NCBI GenBank assembly: GCA_001804285.1
Contig: MHFR01000013.1
Coordinates: forward strand, 8,920 to 72,919
Source: Candidatus Danuiimicrobium aquiferis
GTDB taxonomy: Bacteria > Omnitrophota > Omnitrophia > Omnitrophales > Danuiimicrobiaceae
Length of the DNA stretch: 64,000 nucleotides
Direction: 5' to 3'
The notes under the pieces are model-generated. The model ran no database searches. It saw only the letters and a program-made list of their open reading frames with translations, and was not told where the DNA came from. Below are positions 50,983 to 60,605 of the stretch, one piece after another. Position 1 is the stretch's first letter. Every line of letters begins with the position of its first letter. The position numbers and the translations under genes were made by a program.

Positions 50983-51878
50983 TGGTAAAAAAGTTTTTGA
51001 TGGTTGCTGTATTGTTAGTGGTTGCCTATATCGCCTTGGTTCAATTTAAGCTGTTGTATCGGATTGTAACGGGAAATAAAGGTGGAGAGCCGATTTCAGA
51101 AACGCTGCAAAATGATGTTGCCCAGAAAGTTTATAGTTTTTCATTTTCAAAATATAATTCCAGCGGTTCAAAAGAATTGGAGATCGAAGGAGATTCTGCG
51201 GATATTTTAGCCCAAAATGTGAAATTGATTAATGTGATTGCAAAAGCCTATGCGGAAGATTCACCCGTTACCATTACTGCGGATAAAGGAGATTTTAATC
51301 GGAGTACCAGTCAGGTTAAACTTAAAGAAAATGTTGTCGCGACCACGGAAACAGGAACCCGCTTAATGACCAATGAATTGGATATTTTTCCTTCGGATAA
51401 GCGGCTTGAAACGCAGGAAGTGGCGAATGTAAAAAAGGACAATATTAGTATCAAAGGAACCGGTGCCGAAAGCGATTCACAAATGGAAAGAGTCCATTTT
51501 AAAAAGAATGTCACGGTGATGATTCAGAATCCGGATTCAGAAACGAAAAAGCCCACCATTATTACTTCCGATGGGCCGCTTGAAATTGATTACAAACGAA
51601 ACGTCGCTTTTTTCAAAAAGAATGTGCAAGCTGTTGATGACAGGGGAACCCTTAAGTCGGATTTTATGGATGTTTATTATGATAAGGAATTGAAGCAGGT
51701 TTCGAAAATGGTCGCGCGCGGGAATGTCATCATTGAAAGCAAGGAAGGTAATAAAACCTATAGTGATAGCGCGGTTTATCTTGCTAAGGAAGGTCGAGTC
51801 GTGCTGGGTGGTGATGTTGAAACCGAATATGTTGCGGAAGAAAAATATTCAGAAAAAGATAAAGCGAATATTTTATAA
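50982..51878 (+). CDS. LptC/LptA-like (OstA family) periplasmic LPS transport protein with N-terminal membrane anchor
   Basis: TM anchor MVKKFLMVAVLLVVAYIALV; repetitive beta-rich periplasmic region; sits immediately upstream of lptB. At about 298 aa it is longer than a typical LptC. Confidence 0.5.
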   Translation: MVKKFLMVAVLLVVAYIALVQFKLLYRIVTGNKGGEPISETLQNDVAQKVYSFSFSKYNSSGSKELEIEGDSADILAQNVKLINVIAKAYAEDSPVTITADKGDFNRSTSQVKLKENVVATTETGTRLMTNELDIFPSDKRLETQEVANVKKDNISIKGTGAESDSQMERVHFKKNVTVMIQNPDSETKKPTIITSDGPLEIDYKRNVAFFKKNVQAVDDRGTLKSDFMDVYYDKELKQVSKMVARGNVIIESKEGNKTYSDSAVYLAKEGRVVLGGDVETEYVAEEKYSEKDKANIL

Positions 51879-51899
51879 TTTTAATCGGGGAGAGAGACT

Positions 51900-52625
51900 T
51901 TGTATCTATTAGAAACGCAAGCACTAACAAAAAGTTACAAAGGTCGTACGGTTGCAAACCAGGTGTCAGTCAATATTTCCCGGGGGGAAATTGTTGGTTT
52001 GCTTGGCCCAAACGGGGCGGGGAAAACCACGACCTTTTATATGATTGTCGGCGTGATTCGGTCGGAGTCCGGTAAAATTCTTTTCCGTGGTGAAGATATT
52101 ACCAATCTTCCGATGTATAAACGCGCGCGGCTGGGAGTGGGGTATCTTTCGCAGGAGCCTTCTATCTTTCGCAAATTGACTGTTGAAGAAAATATTATGG
52201 CCATTTTGGAAACGTTGGACATTCCGCAGGTCGAACGGGATAAAAGATTGAAACGGCTCCTTGAAGAACTCGATATCGCGCATTTGGCGAAAAACAAAGC
52301 TTATACACTTTCGGGAGGCGAGAGGCGGCGTCTTGAAATTACCCGTGCGCTCGTGACGAATCCTTCTCTCATTTTGCTCGATGAACCGTTCAGCGGTGTT
52401 GATCCCATTGCCGTGTTTGAGGTCCAGAAAATTCTTAAGAGACTGAAAACTCAGGGATTAAGTATTTTACTGACGGATCATAGCGTACGCGAAACGCTAT
52501 CGATTACCGATCGCGCGTATATTATGTGTGAGGGAAAAATCGAGGTTTCCGGAACGTCGCAGTTTTTATCGAGCGATAAACGGGCTCGTGAAATTTATTT
52601 AGGCGAGCGTTTTGTTTTGGTGTAA
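51900..52625 (+). CDS. lptB: LPS export ABC transporter ATP-binding protein
   Basis: Walker A GPNGAGKTT, signature LSGGERRRLE, Walker B ILLDEP; TTG start with upstream GGGGAGAG RBS. Confidence 0.88.
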   Translation: MYLLETQALTKSYKGRTVANQVSVNISRGEIVGLLGPNGAGKTTTFYMIVGVIRSESGKILFRGEDITNLPMYKRARLGVGYLSQEPSIFRKLTVEENIMAILETLDIPQVERDKRLKRLLEELDIAHLAKNKAYTLSGGERRRLEITRALVTNPSLILLDEPFSGVDPIAVFEVQKILKRLKTQGLSILLTDHSVRETLSITDRAYIMCEGKIEVSGTSQFLSSDKRAREIYLGERFVLV

Positions 52626-52713
52626 AAGAAGTTTTGATTAAAGTTAACGGTATTATTCTAACGACGAAATTCGAGTTATTCGAAAGAGTCAATTTAGTTA
52701 TAGGAGGAAATGA

Positions 52714-53178
52714 ATGAAGATTTCTGAGATTCTCAATGTGCAAGGTGTAAAAATAGGCCTAACAGCCATTAAAAAGGAGGATGTCCTCAAAGAGCTGGTG
52801 GATGCGTTGGCGAATGTGATCGATATCGGGGATCCCAAAAGTATTGTGAAAGCATTGTTGGAACGGGAAAATTTGGGTTCCACCGGAATCGGGCAAGGAA
52901 TCGCCATTCCTCACGGCAAGACAGACAAAGTAGAAAAGCTCACAGCCGTATTAGGGATCAGTAAATCAGGAGTGAACTTTGATGCGCTTGACGGTGAGCC
53001 TGTATATATTTTCTTTCTTTTGGTTGCTCCGAAAGATTGTGCCGGGCCACATTTAAAAGCACTTGCGCAAATTTCCCGCTTGCTTCGAGATACCTATTTT
53101 TGCATGCTGATTCGCAAATGCAAAACACCCGAGGAAGTTTATAATTTAATTAAGACCGAAGAAGACAGAAAACAGTAA
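52714..53178 (+). CDS. ptsN: PTS EIIA-Ntr nitrogen regulatory protein
   Basis: EIIA(Fru/Ntr) fold with active-site His in GIAIPHGK. Confidence 0.8.
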   Translation: MKISEILNVQGVKIGLTAIKKEDVLKELVDALANVIDIGDPKSIVKALLERENLGSTGIGQGIAIPHGKTDKVEKLTAVLGISKSGVNFDALDGEPVYIFFLLVAPKDCAGPHLKALAQISRLLRDTYFCMLIRKCKTPEEVYNLIKTEEDRKQ

Positions 53179-53202
53179 GATTATTTCAAACCGGATAGGA
53201 TC

Positions 53203-54156
53203 ATGGCATATCTTTCTGTTCAGGAATTATTTGACGGGCTTAAGGAAGAACTGAAATTAACTGTCATCACGCCGAGTGTGACTCTCGCCCGAAAGATTCA
53301 TTCAGCAGAAATCAACCGGCCCGGGCTTGCCCTATCTGGTTACTATGGTTATTTTGCGTTCGATTGCGTTCAAATTTTAGGGAAGACCGAGATTGGTTAT
53401 TTGAAAAAATTGAAAGGTATCGAGCGAGTCAAAAATTTGAAAAATTTTTTTTCGTATCGGATTCCGTGCATGATTGTGACAAAACAGCAAACGATCCCGG
53501 ATGATTTTGTCGAGCAGGCCATTGCAGCAAAAATCCCGATTTTACGGTCGCCGTACCGGACGTCGCGTGTTGCAAGTCAAGTTACCGTTTTTATCGAGGC
53601 GGCCGGTTCTCCGGAACTGAGTATGCACGCGACGTTGCTTGACGTTTACGGAATCGGAACGCTGATTATGGGAAAAAGCGGAGTCGGAAAATCCGAATGC
53701 GCTCTGGAATTGATCGAACGGAAACACCGGCTCGTGGCTGATGATATTGTTGAAATCCGCCGTGAGAACCGGATTCTGATGGGGGCTTCGAATCATATGC
53801 TCATGTATCACATGGAAATTCGAGGCCTTGGAATTATTGATATCAAAGCTATTTTTGGTGTTGGTGCTGTTCGCCACCGCAAACGGATTGACCTTGCTGT
53901 GACGCTTGAACATTGGGAGCGTGAACGGGAATATGAGCGGCTGGGGTTGGAAGAAAAAACATACGATGTTTTAAGGATTAAAATTCCCCATTTAATTATT
54001 CCGGTTCGGCCCGGAAGAAATATCCCGATTTTGGTGGAAACGGCTGCGTTAAATCAGAGGCTGAAAGTGATGGGCGTCCACCCTGCGCAGGAATTCAATC
54101 AAAAGTTAATAGAAACAATGAAACTGAAGACTGAGAAATTAGGTTTACAGAAATGA
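53203..54156 (+). CDS. hprK: HPr kinase/phosphorylase
   Basis: Walker A GKSGVGKSE, characteristic HprK C-terminal domain, 317 aa. Confidence 0.9.
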   Translation: MAYLSVQELFDGLKEELKLTVITPSVTLARKIHSAEINRPGLALSGYYGYFAFDCVQILGKTEIGYLKKLKGIERVKNLKNFFSYRIPCMIVTKQQTIPDDFVEQAIAAKIPILRSPYRTSRVASQVTVFIEAAGSPELSMHATLLDVYGIGTLIMGKSGVGKSECALELIERKHRLVADDIVEIRRENRILMGASNHMLMYHMEIRGLGIIDIKAIFGVGAVRHRKRIDLAVTLEHWEREREYERLGLEEKTYDVLRIKIPHLIIPVRPGRNIPILVETAALNQRLKVMGVHPAQEFNQKLIETMKLKTEKLGLQK

Positions 54157-55400
54157 AATTCTTTAAATGGTTATATCCCGGAATCGGAATTAAGCGTTGG
54201 GTGATCCTGGCGGTTTTTGGAATCGGGATGATGGTTATTGTCGGATTTTCGGCTGTCAAATCGATTGCGCAACATAGCGTTTTGCTTGCCAGTTTTGCCA
54301 CAGCGTTTTTAATGGTCGGGATTTTTCTCGTTTATACGTCCCTAAAACAAATTGTCCGTATTTTTGTTCGTGCTTTAATGCCTCTTGCCCAGGATGATTT
54401 AGTCAACATTGTTTATCAGAGCCGGAAACGTGATTATTTAGCGCGCGGCCCGCGTGTGGTTGCGATCGGAGGAGGAACGGGGCTTAGTGTATTGCTTTCC
54501 GGAATTAAAATGTTTACGAATAACATTACGGCTATTGTGACTGTTACTGACACCGGCGGAAGTTCAGGACGGCTCCGGGATGAGCTTGATATTTTACCTC
54601 CGGGAGATATCCGGAACTGTTTAGTAGCGCTTGCTGATGCCGAGCCCTTAATACGCGATTTATTTCAATATCGCTTTACCGAAGGCCAAGGGCTTAAAGG
54701 GCATAGCTTTGGGAATCTATTTATTACGGCTCTTTCGATGGTTACCGGAGATTTTGAGAAAGCAATCCGTGAATCAAGCAAAGTGCTTGCGATTCGCGGA
54801 CGCGTATTGCCGTCCACGTTAGACAAAGTGACTTTGGTCGGTCAGTTTAAGGACGGATCGACGGCAGAAGGAGAAACTTCTATTACAGCCGTCCGAAAGC
54901 CGCTTCGCCGCATTCAATTAAAACCGGAAAATGCCCGGGCGACTGAAGAGGTTATTGAAGCTCTTGAAACGGCAGAGTTAATTATTATGGGGCCAGGGAG
55001 CCTTTATACCAGCATCATCCCGAATCTTTTGATCAAAGATATCAGGGATGGCATCCTTGAGTCGGACGCATATAAAATTTTTGTGATTAACGTGATGACT
55101 CAACCGGGCGAAACCGAACATTTTACGGCGGCAGACCATATTCAAACTTTGATTGAACATACGGATCCGCGGATTGTAGATGCTTGTTTCGTTAATGTTC
55201 AAAAAATACCGAAGGAATTGCTGGATAAATATCACGAGAAAGAATCATTTCCGGTTGAAAATAATATTTCAAAAATCAAGAGTATGGGGTATGAAATTAT
55301 TGGACGGGAAGTCTTAAAGCTTGATGAGCAAATCCGGCATGATCCTGTGAAATTGGCAAAGGCATTGTTTGATCAATATTTTGAAGTCTTGAAGAAATAA
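54153..55400 (+). CDS. YvcK/CofD-like gluconeogenesis-factor family protein (UPF0052) with about 100 aa N-terminal two-TM extension
   Basis: VVAIGGGTGLSVLLSGIK and TVTDTGGSSGRLR motifs, preceded by two predicted TM helices. Confidence 0.8.
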   Translation: MKFFKWLYPGIGIKRWVILAVFGIGMMVIVGFSAVKSIAQHSVLLASFATAFLMVGIFLVYTSLKQIVRIFVRALMPLAQDDLVNIVYQSRKRDYLARGPRVVAIGGGTGLSVLLSGIKMFTNNITAIVTVTDTGGSSGRLRDELDILPPGDIRNCLVALADAEPLIRDLFQYRFTEGQGLKGHSFGNLFITALSMVTGDFEKAIRESSKVLAIRGRVLPSTLDKVTLVGQFKDGSTAEGETSITAVRKPLRRIQLKPENARATEEVIEALETAELIIMGPGSLYTSIIPNLLIKDIRDGILESDAYKIFVINVMTQPGETEHFTAADHIQTLIEHTDPRIVDACFVNVQKIPKELLDKYHEKESFPVENNISKIKSMGYEIIGREVLKLDEQIRHDPVKLAKALFDQYFEVLKK

Positions 55401-55402
55401 GG

Positions 55403-55741
55403 ATGACGATGAAAGAAAAAGAAATCATAAAAGAAACCGCTAAGGAAGCAAAATATCCGGACGCGTTGCCCGTAGTCGAAAAAAAGTTTACGGTCAACAA
55501 CAAGCTCGGTCTTCATGCGCGACCGGCTTCTTTATTTGTTCGAACAGCCAATAAATATGAGTGTGATTTCATCGTTCAAAAAGGAAAACAAAAAGTGAAC
55601 GGAAAATCGATTATGGGGATCATGATGCTTGCAGCGGGGCCGGGCAGTCGGATTATAATTAAAGCTATTGGCTCCGATGCGAAAAAGGCTATGGATGAAC
55701 TTACGAAATTATTTGAAGATAATTTCGGAGAAAAAGAGTAA
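55403..55741 (+). CDS. ptsH: Phosphocarrier protein HPr/NPr
   Basis: Active-site GLHARPA and regulatory Ser region GKSIMGIM. Confidence 0.85.
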   Translation: MTMKEKEIIKETAKEAKYPDALPVVEKKFTVNNKLGLHARPASLFVRTANKYECDFIVQKGKQKVNGKSIMGIMMLAAGPGSRIIIKAIGSDAKKAMDELTKLFEDNFGEKE

Positions 55742-55744
55742 AGG

Positions 55745-57499
55745 TTGATGATGAAACGATATCACGGAATTCCCGTATCTCCTGGTGTTGCGATGGGAAA
55801 AGCGCTGGTCCTTCATAGTGAGGATTTTTTTGCGGTTCCTAAATCTCAAGTCGGAACGGAGGATATCCCGCGTGAAGTCGTCCGGTTTGAAGAGGCGCTT
55901 ACCAAAACGCGCGCGGACTTAGTGCGCATTCGAAAAAATATAGCAAATAAACTCGGCCACGAGCATTCGGATATTTTCAGTGCGCATCTTCTCATTTTGG
56001 AAGACCGCACATTGATTGAAGACGTGATTTCGAAAATCAAAGAAGAAAAAGTTGGCGCTGAATACGCATTTTCGCTCATCATTCAAAGATATTTCCGGGC
56101 TTTTTCTCAGATTCAGGATGAGTATCTCAGGGAGCGTGTGGCGGATATCCGTGACGTCGGACGCCGTGTGATGCAAAATCTTCTCGGGAAAGAAAAAGAT
56201 TCGTTGATCGGCCTTAAGGAAAAAGTGATTGTTGTGGCGCATGATTTGGCACCGACAGAAACGGCCATGATGGATCGCGAACATGTGATTGCTTTTGTGA
56301 CGGATATCGGCGGCCCGACTTCGCATACGGCAATTATGGCGCGTTCCCTTGAAATTCCGGCTGTGGTGGGTTTGGATACCGTTAGTACGGATATTGTCAC
56401 GGGCAATCAAATTATCGTGGACGGACATCGTGGAATTCTCATCGTTGAACCTGATTTGGCTACGATCGAAAATTATAGTCAACAGGAGCGACGGTTCGTC
56501 CAACTCGTCTCCGAACTGGATAAGTTGAAGTCTCTTCCCGCCGAAACATTGGATGGCCACCGCATCAGATTGGAAGCGAACATTGAATTCCCGGACGAAA
56601 TTCCTTCCGTTCTAGCGCACGGCGCCGAAGGGATCGGGCTTTATCGGACAGAATATTTTTATATGAACCGGCGCGATCTTCCGAATGAGCAAGAACAATA
56701 TGAGGCTTACCGGATTGTTGTCGAAAAGCTTGCGCCGAGTCCCGTGATTATTCGAACGCTGGATTTGGGTGGCGATAAATTTCTTTCGTTTTTAGATATG
56801 CCTCAGGAAATGAATCCGTTTATGGGATGGAGGGCGATCCGTTTTTGTTTGTCTGAAGTTGAAATTTTTAAAACCCAGTTACGGGCAATTTTACGCGCCA
56901 GCGTTCATGGAAATTTAAAAGTGATGTACCCGATGGTTTCCAATGTCCAGGAAATTCGGCGGGCAAATGAAATTCTCGAACAGGCGAAACAAGAACTGAG
57001 GAATGAACAAATTGCGTTTGATAATCAGATAGACGTCGGAATTATGATTGAAATCCCGTCTGCCGCCATTACGAGTGATATTTTGTCAAAAGAAGCTAAG
57101 TTTTTTTCAATTGGCACAAATGACCTTATTCAATATTCGCTTGCGGTTGACCGGATTAATCCCAAAATCGCTTATCTTTATGAGCCAACGCATCCTGCGA
57201 TTATCCGGTTGATTCGTCAAGTGATTGAAAATTCGAAAGCGGCACAAATTCCAACAAGTGTTTGCGGGGAAATGGCTGCTGATCCGGGTATGGCAGTTCT
57301 TTTGCTTGGGTTAGGCATCGATGAGCTCAGTATGAGCCCGTTTGCTTTACCGACCGTAAAAAAAGCGATTCGCTCAGTCAGCTTCAAAGATGCGCAGGAT
57401 TTTGCGAAAAAAGCCACTGAATTGACGACCGGCGAGGAAATTAAGCATTTTGTGAAAAGCAGGATGAAAACGATTTTGCCGGAACTCTTTGAGGAGTGA
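55745..57499 (+). CDS. ptsI: PEP-protein phosphotransferase enzyme I
   Basis: GGPTSHTAIMARSLEIPAVVG phosphohistidine domain; PEP-utilising C-terminal TIM barrel. Confidence 0.92.
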   Translation: MMMKRYHGIPVSPGVAMGKALVLHSEDFFAVPKSQVGTEDIPREVVRFEEALTKTRADLVRIRKNIANKLGHEHSDIFSAHLLILEDRTLIEDVISKIKEEKVGAEYAFSLIIQRYFRAFSQIQDEYLRERVADIRDVGRRVMQNLLGKEKDSLIGLKEKVIVVAHDLAPTETAMMDREHVIAFVTDIGGPTSHTAIMARSLEIPAVVGLDTVSTDIVTGNQIIVDGHRGILIVEPDLATIENYSQQERRFVQLVSELDKLKSLPAETLDGHRIRLEANIEFPDEIPSVLAHGAEGIGLYRTEYFYMNRRDLPNEQEQYEAYRIVVEKLAPSPVIIRTLDLGGDKFLSFLDMPQEMNPFMGWRAIRFCLSEVEIFKTQLRAILRASVHGNLKVMYPMVSNVQEIRRANEILEQAKQELRNEQIAFDNQIDVGIMIEIPSAAITSDILSKEAKFFSIGTNDLIQYSLAVDRINPKIAYLYEPTHPAIIRLIRQVIENSKAAQIPTSVCGEMAADPGMAVLLLGLGIDELSMSPFALPTVKKAIRSVSFKDAQDFAKKATELTTGEEIKHFVKSRMKTILPELFEE

Positions 57500-57513
57500 T
57501 CGGGCCTTCCATG

Positions 57514-58590
57514 CGTGTGTTAGATCAAAAAGAAACCATAGAAGCAATTGATCAACATGGAATGCGTACGCTCATCTATGAATTTTCGAATCAGCTGAAA
57601 GCAGCCGAAGTGATCGGCCGGAATTTCGAATGTGAGTTTGACCGGAAGATTGAACGGATTGTCTTTAGCGGTGTGGGCGGATCCGGAATCAGCGGAGATT
57701 TTATCCGGAGTTACCTGTCTCAGGATTGCCCGATTACAATCTCAATCAATCGTAGCTATCATTTGCCCGGGTTTGTTGATGATTCGACGCTTGTGATTTT
57801 AAGTAGCTATTCGGGTAATACGGAAGAATGTCTTTGCGCTTTTGACGAAGCGTTTGTCCGAAAAGCAAAACTGCTTGTCATCACTTCGGGCGGTGAATTG
57901 GAAGAGCGGGCGAAAATGCGCGGTTCTCCGTTGATTAAACTTCCCGGCGGTTTACCTCCACGAACTGCGCTGGGTTATTTAATCATTCCTATTTTATGTG
58001 TTTTGGCGAAATTGGGTTTTGTCAACCAGGGCAAGCTTAAAGAAATTCAAGAGGCTTATGAATTGATTGATATTCTTTCGAAAAATCAATACGGGACAGA
58101 AATCCCTATCGAGAAAAATAAAGCAAAGCAAATCGCGTTTCAATGTTATAAAAAAATTCCAGCGGTATATGCCGGGATCGACCACTTTGATGTTGTGGCT
58201 TTGCGGTGGCGTTCTCAGTTTGAAGAAAATTCGAAAGTTCTTTCTTTTCATAATGTTTTTCCCGAGATGAATCATAATGAATTAGAGGGGTGGTGCTCAC
58301 AGGCCCATTCTTTACGGAAAAATTTGATTATGATATTATTGAGAGATCAAGATGATCATGCTTCGATTCAAGCCCGGATGAATTTAACGCGAGATTTGAT
58401 TCGAAAAGAAGGCGTGGATGTTTTGGAGGTGTTTTCGGAAGGGAAAGGTCTTTTAGCGAGAATGTTGGCGACTGTGCATTTGGGCGATTGGGTCAGTTTG
58501 TATTTGGCATTGCTTTATCAGGTAGACCCTACGCCTATTCATTCAATTAATTATCTCAAGCAGGAATTAAAAAAGGGAACGATCCGATGA
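57514..58590 (+). CDS. Bifunctional phosphoglucose/phosphomannose isomerase family protein (double SIS, archaeal-type PGI/PMI)
   Basis: Two SIS-like halves (GVGGSGISGD; SYSGNTEE), about 358 aa. Confidence 0.65.
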   Translation, partial: RVLDQKETIEAIDQHGMRTLIYEFSNQLKAAEVIGRNFECEFDRKIERIVFSGVGGSGISGDFIRSYLSQDCPITISINRSYHLPGFVDDSTLVILSSYSGNTEECLCAFDEAFVRKAKLLVITSGGELEERAKMRGSPLIKLPGGLPPRTALGYLIIPILCVLAKLGFVNQGKLKEIQEAYELIDILSKNQYGTEIPIEKNKAKQIAFQCYKKIPAVYAGIDHFDVVALRWRSQFEENSKVLSFHNVFPEMNHNELEGWCSQAHSLRKNLIMILLRDQDDHASIQARMNLTRDLIRKEGVDVLEVFSEGKGLLARMLATVHLGDWVSLYLALLYQVDPTPIHSINYLKQELKKGTIR

Positions 58591-59330
58591 AAGCCATACT
58601 TTTATGTGCCGGTTTTGGGACGAGGCTTTACCCTTTAACCGAGAATCAGGCAAAACCGCTTTTGCCCATTGCCGGGAAACCGCTCATTAATTATGTCATT
58701 GAAAAGTTTGAACCGATAAAAGAACTCAACGAAGTCGTTTTGATTTCGAACGGGCGGTTTTATCAGAATTTTATTGAATGGAAAAATCTTTCAAAATTGC
58801 CTTGGAAAGTGACGGTTGTCAATGATCAGACGATGGATAATGATCACAGGCTGGGTGCGATCCGGGATCTGAAGCTTGGGCTCGATCAGGCGAAGGTAAA
58901 CGATGATATTTTACTTCTTGCCGGTGACAACTTATTTGATGAAGGGCTGAAGGATTTTGTTGAGGGTTCGCGGCAGAAAAGCCCCGGAGCGTCGGTGGGT
59001 GTTTACGAAGTGAAGAGCCGCGAATTAGCCCAAAAATACGGGTTGATTAAAACAGATTCTTCAGGCAGAATTACTGAGTTTTTTGAGAAACCGAAAAATC
59101 CGTCGACCTTACTTGCGTCCATGGGCGTTTATTTTTTTCCGAAAGAAACGCTGCCTTTTGTAGCACGGTATCTTGAAAATAATCAGAATCCGGATGCGCC
59201 GGGTTTTTATTTGTCATGGTTTATTAAGCATGCGCCATTGTATGCTTTTCGTTTTGGCGGGACATGGTTTGATATCGGCGATATCAATTCATACCAAACT
59301 GCAAATCAATATTTTGAAAATTTAAAATAA
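58587..59330 (+). CDS. Sugar-1-phosphate nucleotidyltransferase (mannose-1-P guanylyltransferase/HddC-like)
   Basis: MKAILLCAGFGTRLYPLT NTP-transferase signature, 247 aa. Confidence 0.7.
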   Translation: MKAILLCAGFGTRLYPLTENQAKPLLPIAGKPLINYVIEKFEPIKELNEVVLISNGRFYQNFIEWKNLSKLPWKVTVVNDQTMDNDHRLGAIRDLKLGLDQAKVNDDILLLAGDNLFDEGLKDFVEGSRQKSPGASVGVYEVKSRELAQKYGLIKTDSSGRITEFFEKPKNPSTLLASMGVYFFPKETLPFVARYLENNQNPDAPGFYLSWFIKHAPLYAFRFGGTWFDIGDINSYQTANQYFENLK

Positions 59331-59399
59331 AAACATTTTTGCGGAAAAACGGTACAGCCTTTCGCAAGAACAAATGACTATTTAGAAGGGAGTCTAACA

Positions 59400-60551
59400 G
59401 TGAAGAAAGAGAAACATTTATTTACGTCTGAATCGGTGAGCGAAGGACATCCGGATAAGATGTGCGATCAAATTTCAGATGCCATTTTGGATGAATTTTT
59501 AAAACAGGACCCGAAATCGCGTGTGGCGTGTGAAGCTTTTGTAACGACGGGGATTGTTTTGGTCGGCGGAGAAGTGACTACGGAAGCATATGTGGATATT
59601 CCGTCTGTGGTGCGAAATGTCATTCGCGAGATTGGTTACGATAATGCAGAGTACGGCTTCGATTATAAAACATGCGGAGTGTTAACGTCGATTCAACAGC
59701 AATCTCCCGACATTGCGATGGGGGTTGATAAGGGGGGAGCCGGTGATCAGGGCATGATGTTTGGTTATGCGACGAATGAAACGCCGGAATTGATGCCGAT
59801 GCCGATTGTGATGGCGCACCGTTTATTGCGCCGATTAGCCGAAATCAGAAAACGCGGAGAATTGCCGTATCTTCGGCCAGATGCAAAAAGCCAAGTGACT
59901 TTGGAATATGACGACGGCGTTCCGGTACGTGTTGATACGGTGGTGTTGAGCGCTCAACATGACGGTGATGTGGCGTATAATACCATTGCGAAGGATTTGA
60001 AAAAGCATGTGATTGAATACGTGATTCCTAAAAACCTTCGGGATTCGGATGTGAAAATTTATATTAATCCGACGGGGCGGTTTGAGATTGGCGGGCCGCA
60101 CGGAGATACGGGGCTTACGGGCCGGAAAATTATTGTGGATACGTATGGCGGATTAGGCCGTCATGGCGGAGGTGCGTTTAGCGGGAAAGATCCTTCTAAA
60201 GTGGACCGCTCGGCAGCGTATTTTGCCCGTTATGTTGCTAAAAATATTATTGCCAGCGGAATTGCCAAGCGTTGCGAACTTCAAGTGTCCTACGCGATTG
60301 GCATTGCCGAACCGGTATCAATTATGGTGGATACGTTCGGAACCAGTACGGTTGCGAATGAAAAAATTACAAAAGTGATACGTAACATGTTTGATTTTAC
60401 ACCTCGTGGCATTATCAAAACACTCAATCTCTTGCGGCCTATTTATCTCAAAACGGCAGCTTACGGACATTTTGGCCGGAATGAAGACGGGTTTACATGG
60501 GAGAAAACAGATAAAGCTGAAGAGCTGAAAAAAAAATTGGAAAAGAAATAA
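59400..60551 (+). CDS. metK: S-adenosylmethionine synthetase
   Basis: [37 protein letters not shown]. Confidence 0.92.
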   Translation: MKKEKHLFTSESVSEGHPDKMCDQISDAILDEFLKQDPKSRVACEAFVTTGIVLVGGEVTTEAYVDIPSVVRNVIREIGYDNAEYGFDYKTCGVLTSIQQQSPDIAMGVDKGGAGDQGMMFGYATNETPELMPMPIVMAHRLLRRLAEIRKRGELPYLRPDAKSQVTLEYDDGVPVRVDTVVLSAQHDGDVAYNTIAKDLKKHVIEYVIPKNLRDSDVKIYINPTGRFEIGGPHGDTGLTGRKIIVDTYGGLGRHGGGAFSGKDPSKVDRSAAYFARYVAKNIIASGIAKRCELQVSYAIGIAEPVSIMVDTFGTSTVANEKITKVIRNMFDFTPRGIIKTLNLLRPIYLKTAAYGHFGRNEDGFTWEKTDKAEELKKKLEKK

Positions 60552-60605
60552 GCAATTTTACGAGATGCGGGATATAAAAATTCAAAAGGCAAAAGAGGAT
60601 GATCA

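Noticed and set aside
52626-52713. Expected rpoN/hpf between lptB and ptsN
   Set aside because: Only an 88 nt spacer is present with no ORF, so the genes are genuinely absent here rather than missed. Recorded as a finding instead.
55919-56560. 213 aa minus-strand ORF antisense to ptsI
   Set aside because: Antisense to the highly conserved EI phosphohistidine domain. Spurious.
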